Below are positions 1-9,226 of a stretch of DNA of 54,464 nucleotides, piece by piece (position 1 is the stretch's first letter; the number at the start of each line of letters is the position of its first letter). Under the pieces are notes generated by a model, which made no database searches, was not told the DNA's origin, and was given only the letters and a program-made list of their open reading frames with translations. The position numbers and the translations under genes were made by a program. The stretch is taken from assembly GCA_964448115.1 (NCBI GenBank), contig CAYUVA010000005.1, positions 62,001 through 116,464 of the forward strand. The letters run 5' to 3'. This DNA is from an uncultured bacterium (GTDB lineage Bacteria; CAYUVA01).

Positions 1-1
1 G

Positions 2-2191
2 CCATATCCGGTGGAAAAGGGAATCTTCGGCAAGCCAACCGCCATCAATAATGTGGAGACCTGGGCAAATATACCGATAATCCTCGAAAAGGGAGCAGGG
101 AACTTCGCCAAGATAGGCACAAAGAATAACTCCGGCACCAAGATATTCAGCCTGGTCGGCAAGGTTAGAAACACCGGGCTGGTCGAGGTGCCCATGGGAA
201 CAAGCATAGCTGAGATCATCTACGGCATCGGCGGCGGTCCTTCTGGCAAGGCAAAGATCAAGGCGGTGCAGACCGGGGGACCCTCCGGCGGCTGCATCCC
301 GACTGAACTATTCGATTTGCCCATAGACTATGACAGCCTCAGCAGGGCAGGCTCCATCATGGGATCCGGCGGCATGATAGTAATGGACGAAAACACTTGC
401 ATGGTCGATGTTGCCAAGTACTTTATGAACTTCTTGCAGGATGAGTCCTGTGGAAAGTGCTTCACCTGTCGCAAGGGGACGCAGCGGATGCATGAGATCC
501 TGGAAGACATCTCCAAGGGAAACGGCACGATGGCCAAGCTAGAACTGCTTGAGCAGCTTGCAATGGTGGTCAAGGATACCTCCATGTGCGGGTTGGGGCA
601 GTCGGCACCCAATCCGGTGCTCAGCACATTGCGTTATTTCAGGCACGAATACGAGGAACATATAACCAAGAAATATTGCACAGCCTTTGTATGCCGAGAT
701 CTGGTCGGCGCTCCCTGCCAGACCGCCTGCCCGCTTGGTACCGAGGCGTGGAGATATGTTGCTCACATCGCAAAGGGTGAATATAAGGAGGCGTACCTGG
801 CGATACGCGAGACCAATCCATTCCCTTCAGTCTGCGCCCGGGTCTGCAATCATCCATGTCAACAGCATTGCCGCCTCGGAGCCACCGGAGACGAGCCGGT
901 AGCTATAAGAGCCTTGAAACGATTTATTACCGATCATATAGATCCAGCGATCTATAGATCGATTCCCAAGGATGGCAGCTCAAGGGATGGCAAGGTGGCG
1001 GTCATTGGGGCCGGTCCAGCCGGATTAACCGCAGCACATTATTTGTCCCTGCAGGGCTACAAGGTTACTGTCATCGAGGCTTTTGACAAGCCGGGCGGGA
1101 TGTTGGTCTGCGGTATCCCTCGCTATCGATTGCCGGTCGAGATAATGGAGAAAGAGATCCAGTCGCTGCTAAACGATAATATCGAGCTTAGATTGAATAC
1201 AGTTTTGGGAAGAGATCTTGGTTTGCAGGATCTATTCAGCCAAGGTTTCAAGGCAGTATTCCTAGCACTCGGTGCTCACCGCAGCAGGAAACTGAATATC
1301 GATGGTGAGGGCGCCGAAGGTGTCATACCTTCCATGGAGTACCTCAGGAACCTTAACCTCAAGGGCGAAAATCTCGCCTGGGGAAAGGTCGGAGTCATCG
1401 GCGGAGGCAATTCGGCGATCGATTCTGCGCGAGCTGCGCTTCGGCAAGGCGAGGTGGATAGTGTAACTATTTTCTACCGACGCACAAGAAATGAGATGCC
1501 CGCCTACGAGGAGGAGATCGAGGATGCCCTCGCCGAGGGGATCGAGCTGGTTACCCTGGTCAGTCCGATGAGAATAGTTACACAGCAGGGAAAACTCGCC
1601 GGCATCGAGTTTATCAAAAATACGCTCGGAGACTTCGATAGCAGTGGACGCAGAAGACCAGTACCCGCTGAGGGCACAGAATATACGGTTAATCTTGATA
1701 CGCTAATCGTCGCCATCGGCGAGCAGCCAGGAGTCATCGATATCTCTAATCTTGGAGTCAAGACCTCCCGCGGGGGCACCATCCTGGTCGATAAGGAGAC
1801 TCTTCAAACCGACATTCAAGGGATTTTTGCCGGGGGTGATGCGGTTACCGGTCCCAACACGGTGGTCGATGCGATCGCTGCTGGCAAGAAGGCTGCTTTG
1901 ATGATCGACCGCTACCTAAGCGGAGAGGAGCTTGTCCAACCTGCTGAATTGAGCCGTCCCAGCCGCCTGGTTGAGCCGCTCGATCTTAGCGAGGACGAAA
2001 GGGCTGCCATCAGGGAACGAAGACCTGCCCGACTGGAGGCTAGCAAGCGGATAAACAGCTTCGATGAGGTGGAGCTTTGCTTTGGCGAGGAGGATGCGGT
2101 CGCCGAGGCTCGTCGCTGCCTGAGATGCGACCTGGAATTCACCTTAAAATCAGGGCATGAGACCCTTGAATTAAAGGGAGAAAAAATATGA
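2..2191 (+). CDS. NuoF/HydB-like NADH-binding flavoprotein C-terminal half fused to a GltD/NfnB-like FAD oxidoreductase (5'-partial)
   Basis: Frame is open from base 2 ([13 protein letters not shown]). NuoF motifs: [27 protein letters not shown]...SMCGLG. GltD-like part: [51 protein letters not shown]. Confidence 0.9.
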   Translation, partial: PYPVEKGIFGKPTAINNVETWANIPIILEKGAGNFAKIGTKNNSGTKIFSLVGKVRNTGLVEVPMGTSIAEIIYGIGGGPSGKAKIKAVQTGGPSGGCIPTELFDLPIDYDSLSRAGSIMGSGGMIVMDENTCMVDVAKYFMNFLQDESCGKCFTCRKGTQRMHEILEDISKGNGTMAKLELLEQLAMVVKDTSMCGLGQSAPNPVLSTLRYFRHEYEEHITKKYCTAFVCRDLVGAPCQTACPLGTEAWRYVAHIAKGEYKEAYLAIRETNPFPSVCARVCNHPCQQHCRLGATGDEPVAIRALKRFITDHIDPAIYRSIPKDGSSRDGKVAVIGAGPAGLTAAHYLSLQGYKVTVIEAFDKPGGMLVCGIPRYRLPVEIMEKEIQSLLNDNIELRLNTVLGRDLGLQDLFSQGFKAVFLALGAHRSRKLNIDGEGAEGVIPSMEYLRNLNLKGENLAWGKVGVIGGGNSAIDSARAALRQGEVDSVTIFYRRTRNEMPAYEEEIEDALAEGIELVTLVSPMRIVTQQGKLAGIEFIKNTLGDFDSSGRRRPVPAEGTEYTVNLDTLIVAIGEQPGVIDISNLGVKTSRGGTILVDKETLQTDIQGIFAGGDAVTGPNTVVDAIAAGKKAALMIDRYLSGEELVQPAELSRPSRLVEPLDLSEDERAAIRERRPARLEASKRINSFDEVELCFGEEDAVAEARRCLRCDLEFTLKSGHETLELKGEKI

Positions 2192-2865
2192 TAAATCTGA
2201 CCATAAATGGGATTCCGCTTAGCGTTGAGAAGGGAACCACACTGTTAGAGGCGGCGAGGTTTTTGGGCTTCCCGATACCGACCCTGTGCCATCTCGATGG
2301 ACTGACACCCTATGGTGCCTGCCGGCTCTGCGTGGTCGAGATCGGGCAAGAGCCGAATAGTAAGCTTGTTTCATCCTGCACCTATCCGGTCCAGGAGGGT
2401 TTGATTGTGCGCACCACATCCAAGCGTGTCATGCGCGCAAGAAAGATGATCCTGGAGCTACTTTTAGCTTCATGCCCCCAGTCCAAGACCATCCAAGACC
2501 TAGCGGCAAAGTTCGAGGTGCGCCAGCAACGCTTCAGGCAGGAATACGAGGACTGCATACTCTGTGGACTATGCATAAGGATGTGCAAGGAACAGATGGT
2601 ATCCGGAGCAATCGGCTTTCGTGGACGGGGTATAACCCGCAGCATCGGCACTCCATTCGATAAGGTCTCAGATATATGCCGTCAGTGCGGTGGGTGTATC
2701 TATGTCTGCCCGGCATGTTCCTTGCGCTGCACCTACACTGTGCCAGAAAAGGCTATCTGCGGAGGTTGCGCTAATATCTCACCACCTTGCCTGGATAAGG
2801 AGGAGTTCGATGACATGATGTGCTACATGGATCCCTGTGTAGCCTGCGAAATAAAGAAGGAATAA
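2188..2865 (+). CDS. 2Fe-2S plus 2x[4Fe-4S] electron-transfer subunit (NuoG/HydA N-terminal-like) with Cys-rich tail
   Basis: IPTLC..GACRLC..SSC (2Fe-2S), [11 protein letters not shown] and [16 protein letters not shown] overlap with the upstream gene; no catalytic domain. Confidence 0.88.
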   Translation: MINLTINGIPLSVEKGTTLLEAARFLGFPIPTLCHLDGLTPYGACRLCVVEIGQEPNSKLVSSCTYPVQEGLIVRTTSKRVMRARKMILELLLASCPQSKTIQDLAAKFEVRQQRFRQEYEDCILCGLCIRMCKEQMVSGAIGFRGRGITRSIGTPFDKVSDICRQCGGCIYVCPACSLRCTYTVPEKAICGGCANISPPCLDKEEFDDMMCYMDPCVACEIKKE

Positions 2866-2894
2866 AACTACTACATTTTGATAAGGAGGAATAG

Positions 2895-4481
2895 ATGTAC
2901 ACATATTCGAGGGTAAACAGCTCAGCAGCGACCCTGACCAAGAACCGAACCGAGGACTCGATAACACCCATCTCTGGAATGTGCGTTACCTGCGTTGATG
3001 GGTGCATCGGCATGTGCGAGATCGGCAAATCCGCTTACCGGGGGCACGAGGTCATCTATCCACAGCCCTTCGGGGTAATAACAACCGCTGCCGAGAAGGT
3101 TTATCCGGTCGATTACTCGCACTTCAATATCATGGGTGGAGTGGTTGGAGCCAAAGGAATAGAACCGGACAGCGACAAAGCCATATTCCCAGCCGTTAAC
3201 CTGGAGGTTCGATTCGGGCATGATAAGGGGATCAAGTTTAGGTATCCCTGGATAATTCCCGGCATCGGTTCCACTGATGTGGCAAAGAACAACTGGGATG
3301 GGCTGGCAATAGGCTCGGCACTTGCCGGCACTGGCTTGACCATCGGTGAGAATGTGGTCGGCATGGATGCCAAGACAGTGCTCAAGGATGGTAAAGCTAT
3401 CGATACAGATGATCTGAAACGCAGGGTTAGGCTGTACCAAGAGTACCAGCGAGACGGGTACGGCGCTATTATCGTGCAGAGCAATGTCGAGGATACGCGA
3501 CTGGGAGTGCATGAATATGCCATTGATAAGCTCGGTGTTGAGATCGTGGAGATGAAGTGGGGACAGGGTGCTAAGAATATCGGTGGCGAGGTGAAGATTC
3601 GCGACCTCAAGAAAGCTCAGCTTCTATATGAGCGAGGTTACATCGTGCTGCCCAATCCGACCGACCCTGCAGTTATCAAAGCCTTCAACAGAGGCGTCTT
3701 CAAGGAGTTCGAGCGCCATAGCCGCATCGGCATGGTCTCCGAGGAATCTTTTGCCAAGCGCATCGAGGAGCTTCGTGCAGCCGGAGCCAGGTATATCTTT
3801 CTCAAGACCGGGGCATACCGTCCTTTGGATCTAGCCCGCGCTCTAGCCTATTCCTCCAAGTACAAGATCGACCTGTTGACCGTTGATGGAGCCGGCGGAG
3901 GCACCGGCATGAGCCCCTGGCGGATGATGAACGAGTGGGGAGTGCCCACCGTGGAGCTGCATTCCTTGCTCTACAAGTACGCCAGGAGGCTATCCGATAA
4001 GGGCAAGTATGTTCCTGCCCTAGCGGTTGCCGGCGGCTTCACCTTTGAGGATCAGATCTTCAAGGGGCTGGCGCTGGGAGCTCCTTTCGTTAAGCTGGTT
4101 GGCATGGCTCGCTCGCCTATTGCTGCTGCTATGGTAGGAAAGACAATCGGCAATGCGATAAAGTCGGGGCAAATACCGGTCTATGTGGAGCGCTTTGGAT
4201 CTACCATTGACGAGATCTTCGTTACCTCAGCCGAGCTGCGCCGGGAAGTGGGGGACGAACAGTTCGAGAAGCTACCCCCTGGCGCAATCGGTCTATATAC
4301 CTACTATCATCGGCTAGCGCAGGGATTGCGTCAGTTGATGTGTGGGGCGCGCAAGTTCACCATCGATGATATTGAGCGCGATGACCTGGCTGCACTTACC
4401 AGGCAGGCAGCGGACATTAGCGGAATCAAATACATTATGGAGGTCGATAAGGACGAGGCGGAGAAAATGCTCGACTACTAG
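2895..4481 (+). CDS. FMN-binding glutamate synthase family protein (stand-alone FMN domain)
   Basis: N-terminal CVTCVDGCIGMC, EMKWGQGAK, DGAGGGTG, AGG; AAGGAGG RBS. Confidence 0.87.
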   Translation: MYTYSRVNSSAATLTKNRTEDSITPISGMCVTCVDGCIGMCEIGKSAYRGHEVIYPQPFGVITTAAEKVYPVDYSHFNIMGGVVGAKGIEPDSDKAIFPAVNLEVRFGHDKGIKFRYPWIIPGIGSTDVAKNNWDGLAIGSALAGTGLTIGENVVGMDAKTVLKDGKAIDTDDLKRRVRLYQEYQRDGYGAIIVQSNVEDTRLGVHEYAIDKLGVEIVEMKWGQGAKNIGGEVKIRDLKKAQLLYERGYIVLPNPTDPAVIKAFNRGVFKEFERHSRIGMVSEESFAKRIEELRAAGARYIFLKTGAYRPLDLARALAYSSKYKIDLLTVDGAGGGTGMSPWRMMNEWGVPTVELHSLLYKYARRLSDKGKYVPALAVAGGFTFEDQIFKGLALGAPFVKLVGMARSPIAAAMVGKTIGNAIKSGQIPVYVERFGSTIDEIFVTSAELRREVGDEQFEKLPPGAIGLYTYYHRLAQGLRQLMCGARKFTIDDIERDDLAALTRQAADISGIKYIMEVDKDEAEKMLDY

Positions 4482-4514
4482 TAGAACCAGATTAAAAAAA
4501 ATAACAAAAGTGAA

Positions 4515-4543
4515 TTGACAAAGTCTATTTTTCTACTTATAGT
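4515..4543 (+). promoter_or_regulatory. sigma70-type promoter for rpsT
   Basis: TTGACA (4515-4520), 17-bp spacer, TATAGT (4538-4543). Confidence 0.7.
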
Positions 4544-4608
4544 CATTCTTTGCTCATTGAGCAGTTAATAAATGTATGAAAATTACTAAGATAAACGGAG
4601 ACCGATAG

Positions 4609-4929
4609 ATGCCCGAAGAAAAGAAGGAAAGAAAAAAGAAAAGAAAGCTCACCTCAGCTCAGAAAAGAGCTAAACAAAACGAGAAAAGAAGGCTGAGGAA
4701 CAAGTCATACCGCACCAGGATAAAAAATGTCTGCAAGAGCGTGGAGATGGCTGTAGCGGAAAATAACGCGCCGAAAGCCAAGGATGCCGTGCTGGAAGCC
4801 ATCAAGGTTCTCGATAGATGCGCAGGCAAGAAGATCATCCACAAGAATAAGGCTGCAAGGAAGAAATCGAGGCTCCTAAAGAAGGTAAAAGCGCTAGAAG
4901 CTTTTAATCAGACCGAAACGCGTGCTTAA
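4609..4929 (+). CDS. rpsT: 30S ribosomal protein S20
   Basis: SAQKRAKQNEKRRLRNKS...IIHKNKAARKKSRL signature. Confidence 0.96.
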   Translation: MPEEKKERKKKRKLTSAQKRAKQNEKRRLRNKSYRTRIKNVCKSVEMAVAENNAPKAKDAVLEAIKVLDRCAGKKIIHKNKAARKKSRLLKKVKALEAFNQTETRA

Positions 4930-5553
4930 TCAGTCCTTGATCAGGCGGACTCGCCTTCCCTGGATATCAAGTTTACCTAAGCGAATAAGCCTTACCGCCT
5001 CAGGGTATATCCTGTGTTCCTGCTCCAAGATCCTCTGCGAAAGGGTCTCCTCGGTGTCATCATCCATGACCGGAACCACAGCTTGTAATATGATCGGTCC
5101 TGTATCTACCCCTTCATCCACGAAGTGAACCGTAGCGCCACTGTACTTGACGCCGTACTCTAAAGCCTGCTTTTGTCCGTGCAAACCAGGGAATGAGGGC
5201 AGCAGGGCGGGATGAATATTGATGCAGCGATCCTTGAAATGGCTGACGAACAGGGGGGACATGATGCGCATGAAGCCTGCCAGACAAACCAGATTAACCC
5301 CTGCATTGTCGAGTTCCTTGATCAACGCCCGGTCGTAGGATTCCTTGTCAGGATAATCCTTTGCCTTGATAACCCTTGTTTCAATGCCGTGCTCTTTAGC
5401 TTTTTTCAGCCCCAATGCATCTGGTTTATTGGAGATAACCAGGCTTACTTTGGCATTGGGGATATAGCCGTCCTCGACCGCCTCTATGATGGAGAGCATA
5501 TTGCTGCCTCTGCCTGAGATCAGGATGCCGATCTTGAAAGTATCATCAGACAT
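4930..5553 (-). CDS. purN: phosphoribosylglycinamide formyltransferase
   Basis: ISGRGSNM, LAGFMRI, NIHPALLPSFPG, HFVDEGVDTGPII. The ATG at 5553 overlaps the purM stop. Confidence 0.96.
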   Translation of the reverse strand: MSDDTFKIGILISGRGSNMLSIIEAVEDGYIPNAKVSLVISNKPDALGLKKAKEHGIETRVIKAKDYPDKESYDRALIKELDNAGVNLVCLAGFMRIMSPLFVSHFKDRCINIHPALLPSFPGLHGQKQALEYGVKYSGATVHFVDEGVDTGPIILQAVVPVMDDDTEETLSQRILEQEHRIYPEAVRLIRLGKLDIQGRRVRLIKD

Positions 5554-6586
5554 AGTAAACCTTCCTTTTACCTTCAATGATCTTACCGATAACCATCGGC
5601 TCGATGTCGCCTTTTGATTTAAGAATATTTATCGCCCCCTCCACGCTTGCCTCAGCTAGCACTATTATCATCCCGATCCCCATATTGAATACGGAATACA
5701 TCTCGCTTTGGCTGATATTTCCCTCTGTTTGCAGTATCTGAAATATGGGAGGAACCGGCCATGAATTGGCTTCGATGCGGGCAGCGGTCTCCATGGGCAG
5801 GATTCTGGGTAGATTTCCAGTGATGCCACCGCCGGTTATATGAGCTATTCCTTTGAGCCGGATCTTACTTGACAGCAGTAGTTGGATATGTTTTTGGTAT
5901 ATCCTGGTCGGTTTGAGCAGCTCCTCCCCAAGGGTGCATCCAAGCTCCTGAATCTGGTGATCAAGGCTATAATTCTTATCCTTGAGCAACACCTTTCGCA
6001 CCAGGCTGAAACCGTTTGAGTGAAGCCCATTGGAGGGGAGCCCAAGCGTAATGTCTCCGGCAGCGATATACCTTCCATCTATTATGTTATTTTTTTCAAC
6101 CATGCCGACGATGAATCCAGCCAGGTCATATTCACCATCGGCATAGAAGTCGGGCATCTCTGCTGTCTCTCCGCCTATCAGGGCACACCCTGCTTGTCTG
6201 CATCCCTCGGCGATGCCGGTGATCACCTCCGAGGCAGTCTTTTCATTCAGCCTTCCGGTTGCGAGGTAATCAAGGAAGAACAGCGGCGTAGCTCCGCAGG
6301 TTAATATATCATTGGCGCACATTGCCACCAGGTCTATCCCTACCGTGTCATGCTTGTTCATTAGAAATGCGATCTTGAGCTTGGTGCCAACGCCGTCTGT
6401 TGAGGAGACCAGAACCGGGTCCGTAAGCTCAAGGTTCTTAAGCTGATATGCAGCAGAGAATCCGCCGATGCCTCCAATAACACCTGAATCATAAGTTGCA
6501 GCAGCGGCGCGCTTTATTACATGGACCAGGCGGTCTCCAGCCTGGATATCGACCCCTGCTTTCTTATATTCATCCATATCCATCAC
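5546..6586 (-). CDS. purM: phosphoribosylformylglycinamidine cyclo-ligase (AIR synthase)
   Basis: YKKAGVDI, STDGVGTK, GGETAEMP, GLHSNGFSL, HITGGG, FNMGIG. Confidence 0.97.
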   Translation of the reverse strand: MMDMDEYKKAGVDIQAGDRLVHVIKRAAAATYDSGVIGGIGGFSAAYQLKNLELTDPVLVSSTDGVGTKLKIAFLMNKHDTVGIDLVAMCANDILTCGATPLFFLDYLATGRLNEKTASEVITGIAEGCRQAGCALIGGETAEMPDFYADGEYDLAGFIVGMVEKNNIIDGRYIAAGDITLGLPSNGLHSNGFSLVRKVLLKDKNYSLDHQIQELGCTLGEELLKPTRIYQKHIQLLLSSKIRLKGIAHITGGGITGNLPRILPMETAARIEANSWPVPPIFQILQTEGNISQSEMYSVFNMGIGMIIVLAEASVEGAINILKSKGDIEPMVIGKIIEGKRKVYYV

Positions 6587-6604
6587 CGGTTATGAATAGC
6601 TTTT

Positions 6605-7987
6605 TTATGCCTTAATATAGTAAAGCCTATCACCTCTTTGAATAATCATCAATACATCAGCCAGGTCGCCGACCTTGACTATCGCCTTTCTGAAGTCTTC
6701 CATATTCTTTATCGGGGTTTCGTTTATCTGGTGTATTATATCACCGGGGGCAAGTCCGACTTGCGCTGCCTTGCTTCCGGGTTTCACATCCACAATTACC
6801 ACCCCGATCTTGGAATAGAGGCGATAGATTGCTCTAGTCCGGCGAGTATTTTCTGCGACTTTGACTCCCAGCCAAGAGAATGCGACCTGTTCTGCTTTCT
6901 GCATGGGAAGTTCCTCGCCCTTGATGGTAAGTATCTTATACTCGCCACCACGAAAGACCTTGATTTTGACCTGCTCGCCAACGATAAAATCATGGGTGAT
7001 GAGGTAGAAGTCCTCTGCTGAAAGTAATCTGTTGCCATCTATCTCCAAGATGATATCCCCATTTTGTATGCCCGCCTTTGCAGCAGGGCTATCCTTGACC
7101 ACTAGCGAGACCATAACTCCCCATCGTTCCTTGAGGTTGAAGTAATCGATGAGTTGCGGGGTCAGGTCCTGCACATATATCCCGACCCAGGCGGTATGCA
7201 CCTCGCCATAGTTCAGTAAGCTGTTGACCACTCGTTTGGCTTTATTTATTGGGATTGCAAAGCCGATACCCTCTGCTTTTCCCATGATCGCCGTGTTGAT
7301 GCCGATAAGGCTGCCTTGAATATTCAATAGGGGTCCGCCACTGTTGCCTGGATTGATCGAGGCATCGGTCTGTATGAAATCGCGGTATATCTTATCCTCA
7401 TCCATCCGAATGGAGCGATTTACAGCGCTAATAATCCCAGTAGTTACCGTGTGCGACAGCCCGAAGGGATTGCCGATCGCAATCACCGTCTCTCCGATCA
7501 TTATATCAGAGCTGTCGCCCATCTTGACCCACTTCAGGTCCTTATCCGGGTCTCTGATCTTAAGCACCGCTATATCAAAGCGAGCCGAGGAGCCAAGGAG
7601 ATCCGCATTAAAAAAACGGTTATCTGCTGTTGTGATAATTATTTCAGATGCTGCCTTCAATATATTATGCTCATTGGTCAGTACATATCCCTTGTCGTTG
7701 ATGAGAACCCCGCTGCCCAAACTCTGTTGCTTGTAGTCCTGATAGGGGAACAGGTTGAAGAAATCGAAGAAGAACTCATCGCTGAAGTGATGAAATGGCG
7801 AGCGCCTTTGCACGATCTTCTCGGTACTGACATTGACAACTGCCGGGGCGGCCATCCGAACTACTTGCACAATAGGTGTATTGCGATCAGCCTTGACCAG
7901 AGGCTGGCTAAATGTTGGTGTTGTACATAGGCTTAGAACTACCGCAATCCCAAGAAAAGCGAACCATCTATTGCTTTTTAATAACAT
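6605..7987 (-). CDS. HtrA/DegP-DegQ family periplasmic serine protease with two PDZ domains
   Basis: Signal peptide, SLGSGV, TNEH, DIAVLK, IQTDASINPGNSGGPL, two PDZ repeats (SPAAKAG, SKAAQVG). Confidence 0.93.
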   Translation of the reverse strand: MLLKSNRWFAFLGIAVVLSLCTTPTFSQPLVKADRNTPIVQVVRMAAPAVVNVSTEKIVQRRSPFHHFSDEFFFDFFNLFPYQDYKQQSLGSGVLINDKGYVLTNEHNILKAASEIIITTADNRFFNADLLGSSARFDIAVLKIRDPDKDLKWVKMGDSSDIMIGETVIAIGNPFGLSHTVTTGIISAVNRSIRMDEDKIYRDFIQTDASINPGNSGGPLLNIQGSLIGINTAIMGKAEGIGFAIPINKAKRVVNSLLNYGEVHTAWVGIYVQDLTPQLIDYFNLKERWGVMVSLVVKDSPAAKAGIQNGDIILEIDGNRLLSAEDFYLITHDFIVGEQVKIKVFRGGEYKILTIKGEELPMQKAEQVAFSWLGVKVAENTRRTRAIYRLYSKIGVVIVDVKPGSKAAQVGLAPGDIIHQINETPIKNMEDFRKAIVKVGDLADVLMIIQRGDRLYYIKA

Positions 7988-8098
7988 TTGTATCTCCCTT
8001 GTGGAAATTTATTCAACAGGTATTGTAACATAATTCCTCATCTGATGTTCCGTAGCCTGGTGGAAGGCTCGGCTTCTTGGGTATATAATAAGAGAACC

Positions 8099-9064
8099 AT
8101 GGAACCTTACATAGTCTTTTGCGATCAGGAGGATCCAGGGATTGAAGTCCTTGGCGGCAAAGGAACAAACCTAAAAAAGCTGTACGATGCCGGCTTCGAT
8201 GTGCCTTCATTTCTAACCATCACCAGCAGTGCATATCTCGATTTTCTTAGCCAAAATGACCTGCTGTCCAAGATAGAGCTTCTTAAGAGCGAGCTTAAAG
8301 ATACATTGGAACCAGGCTCCCTTTACACATGGTTCTCCGAGGCATTTCTCAGCGCTCGCATGCCTGCAGGGCTTCAAAACGAGCTGGACAAAGGGGTAAG
8401 AAGATTACACTCGATGTCCGGCCAAGGTTCCGATTCCCTTGCTGTAAGGTCATCAGCCACCCTGGAGGATGCTGATGTACACTCCTTTGCCGGGGTACAG
8501 GAGACTTATCTTAATATCAGGGATCTTGAGCTTTTGGAGTACTATGTAAAGCGTTGTTATCTATCCGCCTGGCGTCCGGCCGCGGTTTCCTATCGGGATA
8601 AGATGGGTATAGGCGGCGATGATTTTGCGATGGCAGTGGTAATCCAACCGATGATCCATGCAGAATGTTCGGGGATTATCTTTACGATTGATCCAACCCC
8701 GCAGGGCAGTAAGAACAATATGGTCATCACGGCAGGCTTGGGGCTTGGCGAGGGGATCGTGGGACAAAAGACCAATGCTGATACTTTCATAATCGATAAA
8801 GAGACCTTGAGCATTGAGTCAAGGCAGATCTCAGAGAAAAAGACTTGCATAGTACCCAGAGAAGATATCGATGGGGTGATCGAGGTCAAGACCGATCCGT
8901 CTCTGCACACAAGGCCAGCACTTACCGATGAGGAAGTAACGGCACTTGGTAAGACAGCCCTAAAGATAGTTGAATTATTTGAAGGCAAACCTCAGGACAT
9001 TGAGTGGGCTAAGCGAGGCGATCGCTTCTTTATCCTTCAATCGCGTCCTATTACTGGACTATAG
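8099..9064 (+). CDS. stand-alone PEP-synthase/PPDK N-terminal ATP-grasp domain protein
   Basis: GGKGTNL, AVRSSATLED..SFAG, GLGEGIV, PQDIEWA, ILQSRPIT, then a stop. Start taken at ATG 8099. Confidence 0.85.
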   Translation: MEPYIVFCDQEDPGIEVLGGKGTNLKKLYDAGFDVPSFLTITSSAYLDFLSQNDLLSKIELLKSELKDTLEPGSLYTWFSEAFLSARMPAGLQNELDKGVRRLHSMSGQGSDSLAVRSSATLEDADVHSFAGVQETYLNIRDLELLEYYVKRCYLSAWRPAAVSYRDKMGIGGDDFAMAVVIQPMIHAECSGIIFTIDPTPQGSKNNMVITAGLGLGEGIVGQKTNADTFIIDKETLSIESRQISEKKTCIVPREDIDGVIEVKTDPSLHTRPALTDEEVTALGKTALKIVELFEGKPQDIEWAKRGDRFFILQSRPITGL

Positions 9065-9226
9065 GCGGTATTCGGCAGTTGGAGCCTGCAAGCCATCCTC
9101 GTTAAAAATGCTCCCTTCGCTGCTAATAATCACCTACTAGAATATCAATGTAATTGTGGTAATATTACAACGCCCTTATCAAATTTTATAGAGGTGATTA
9201 ATGGATCTTTCAGGAGACGGGCAAGA

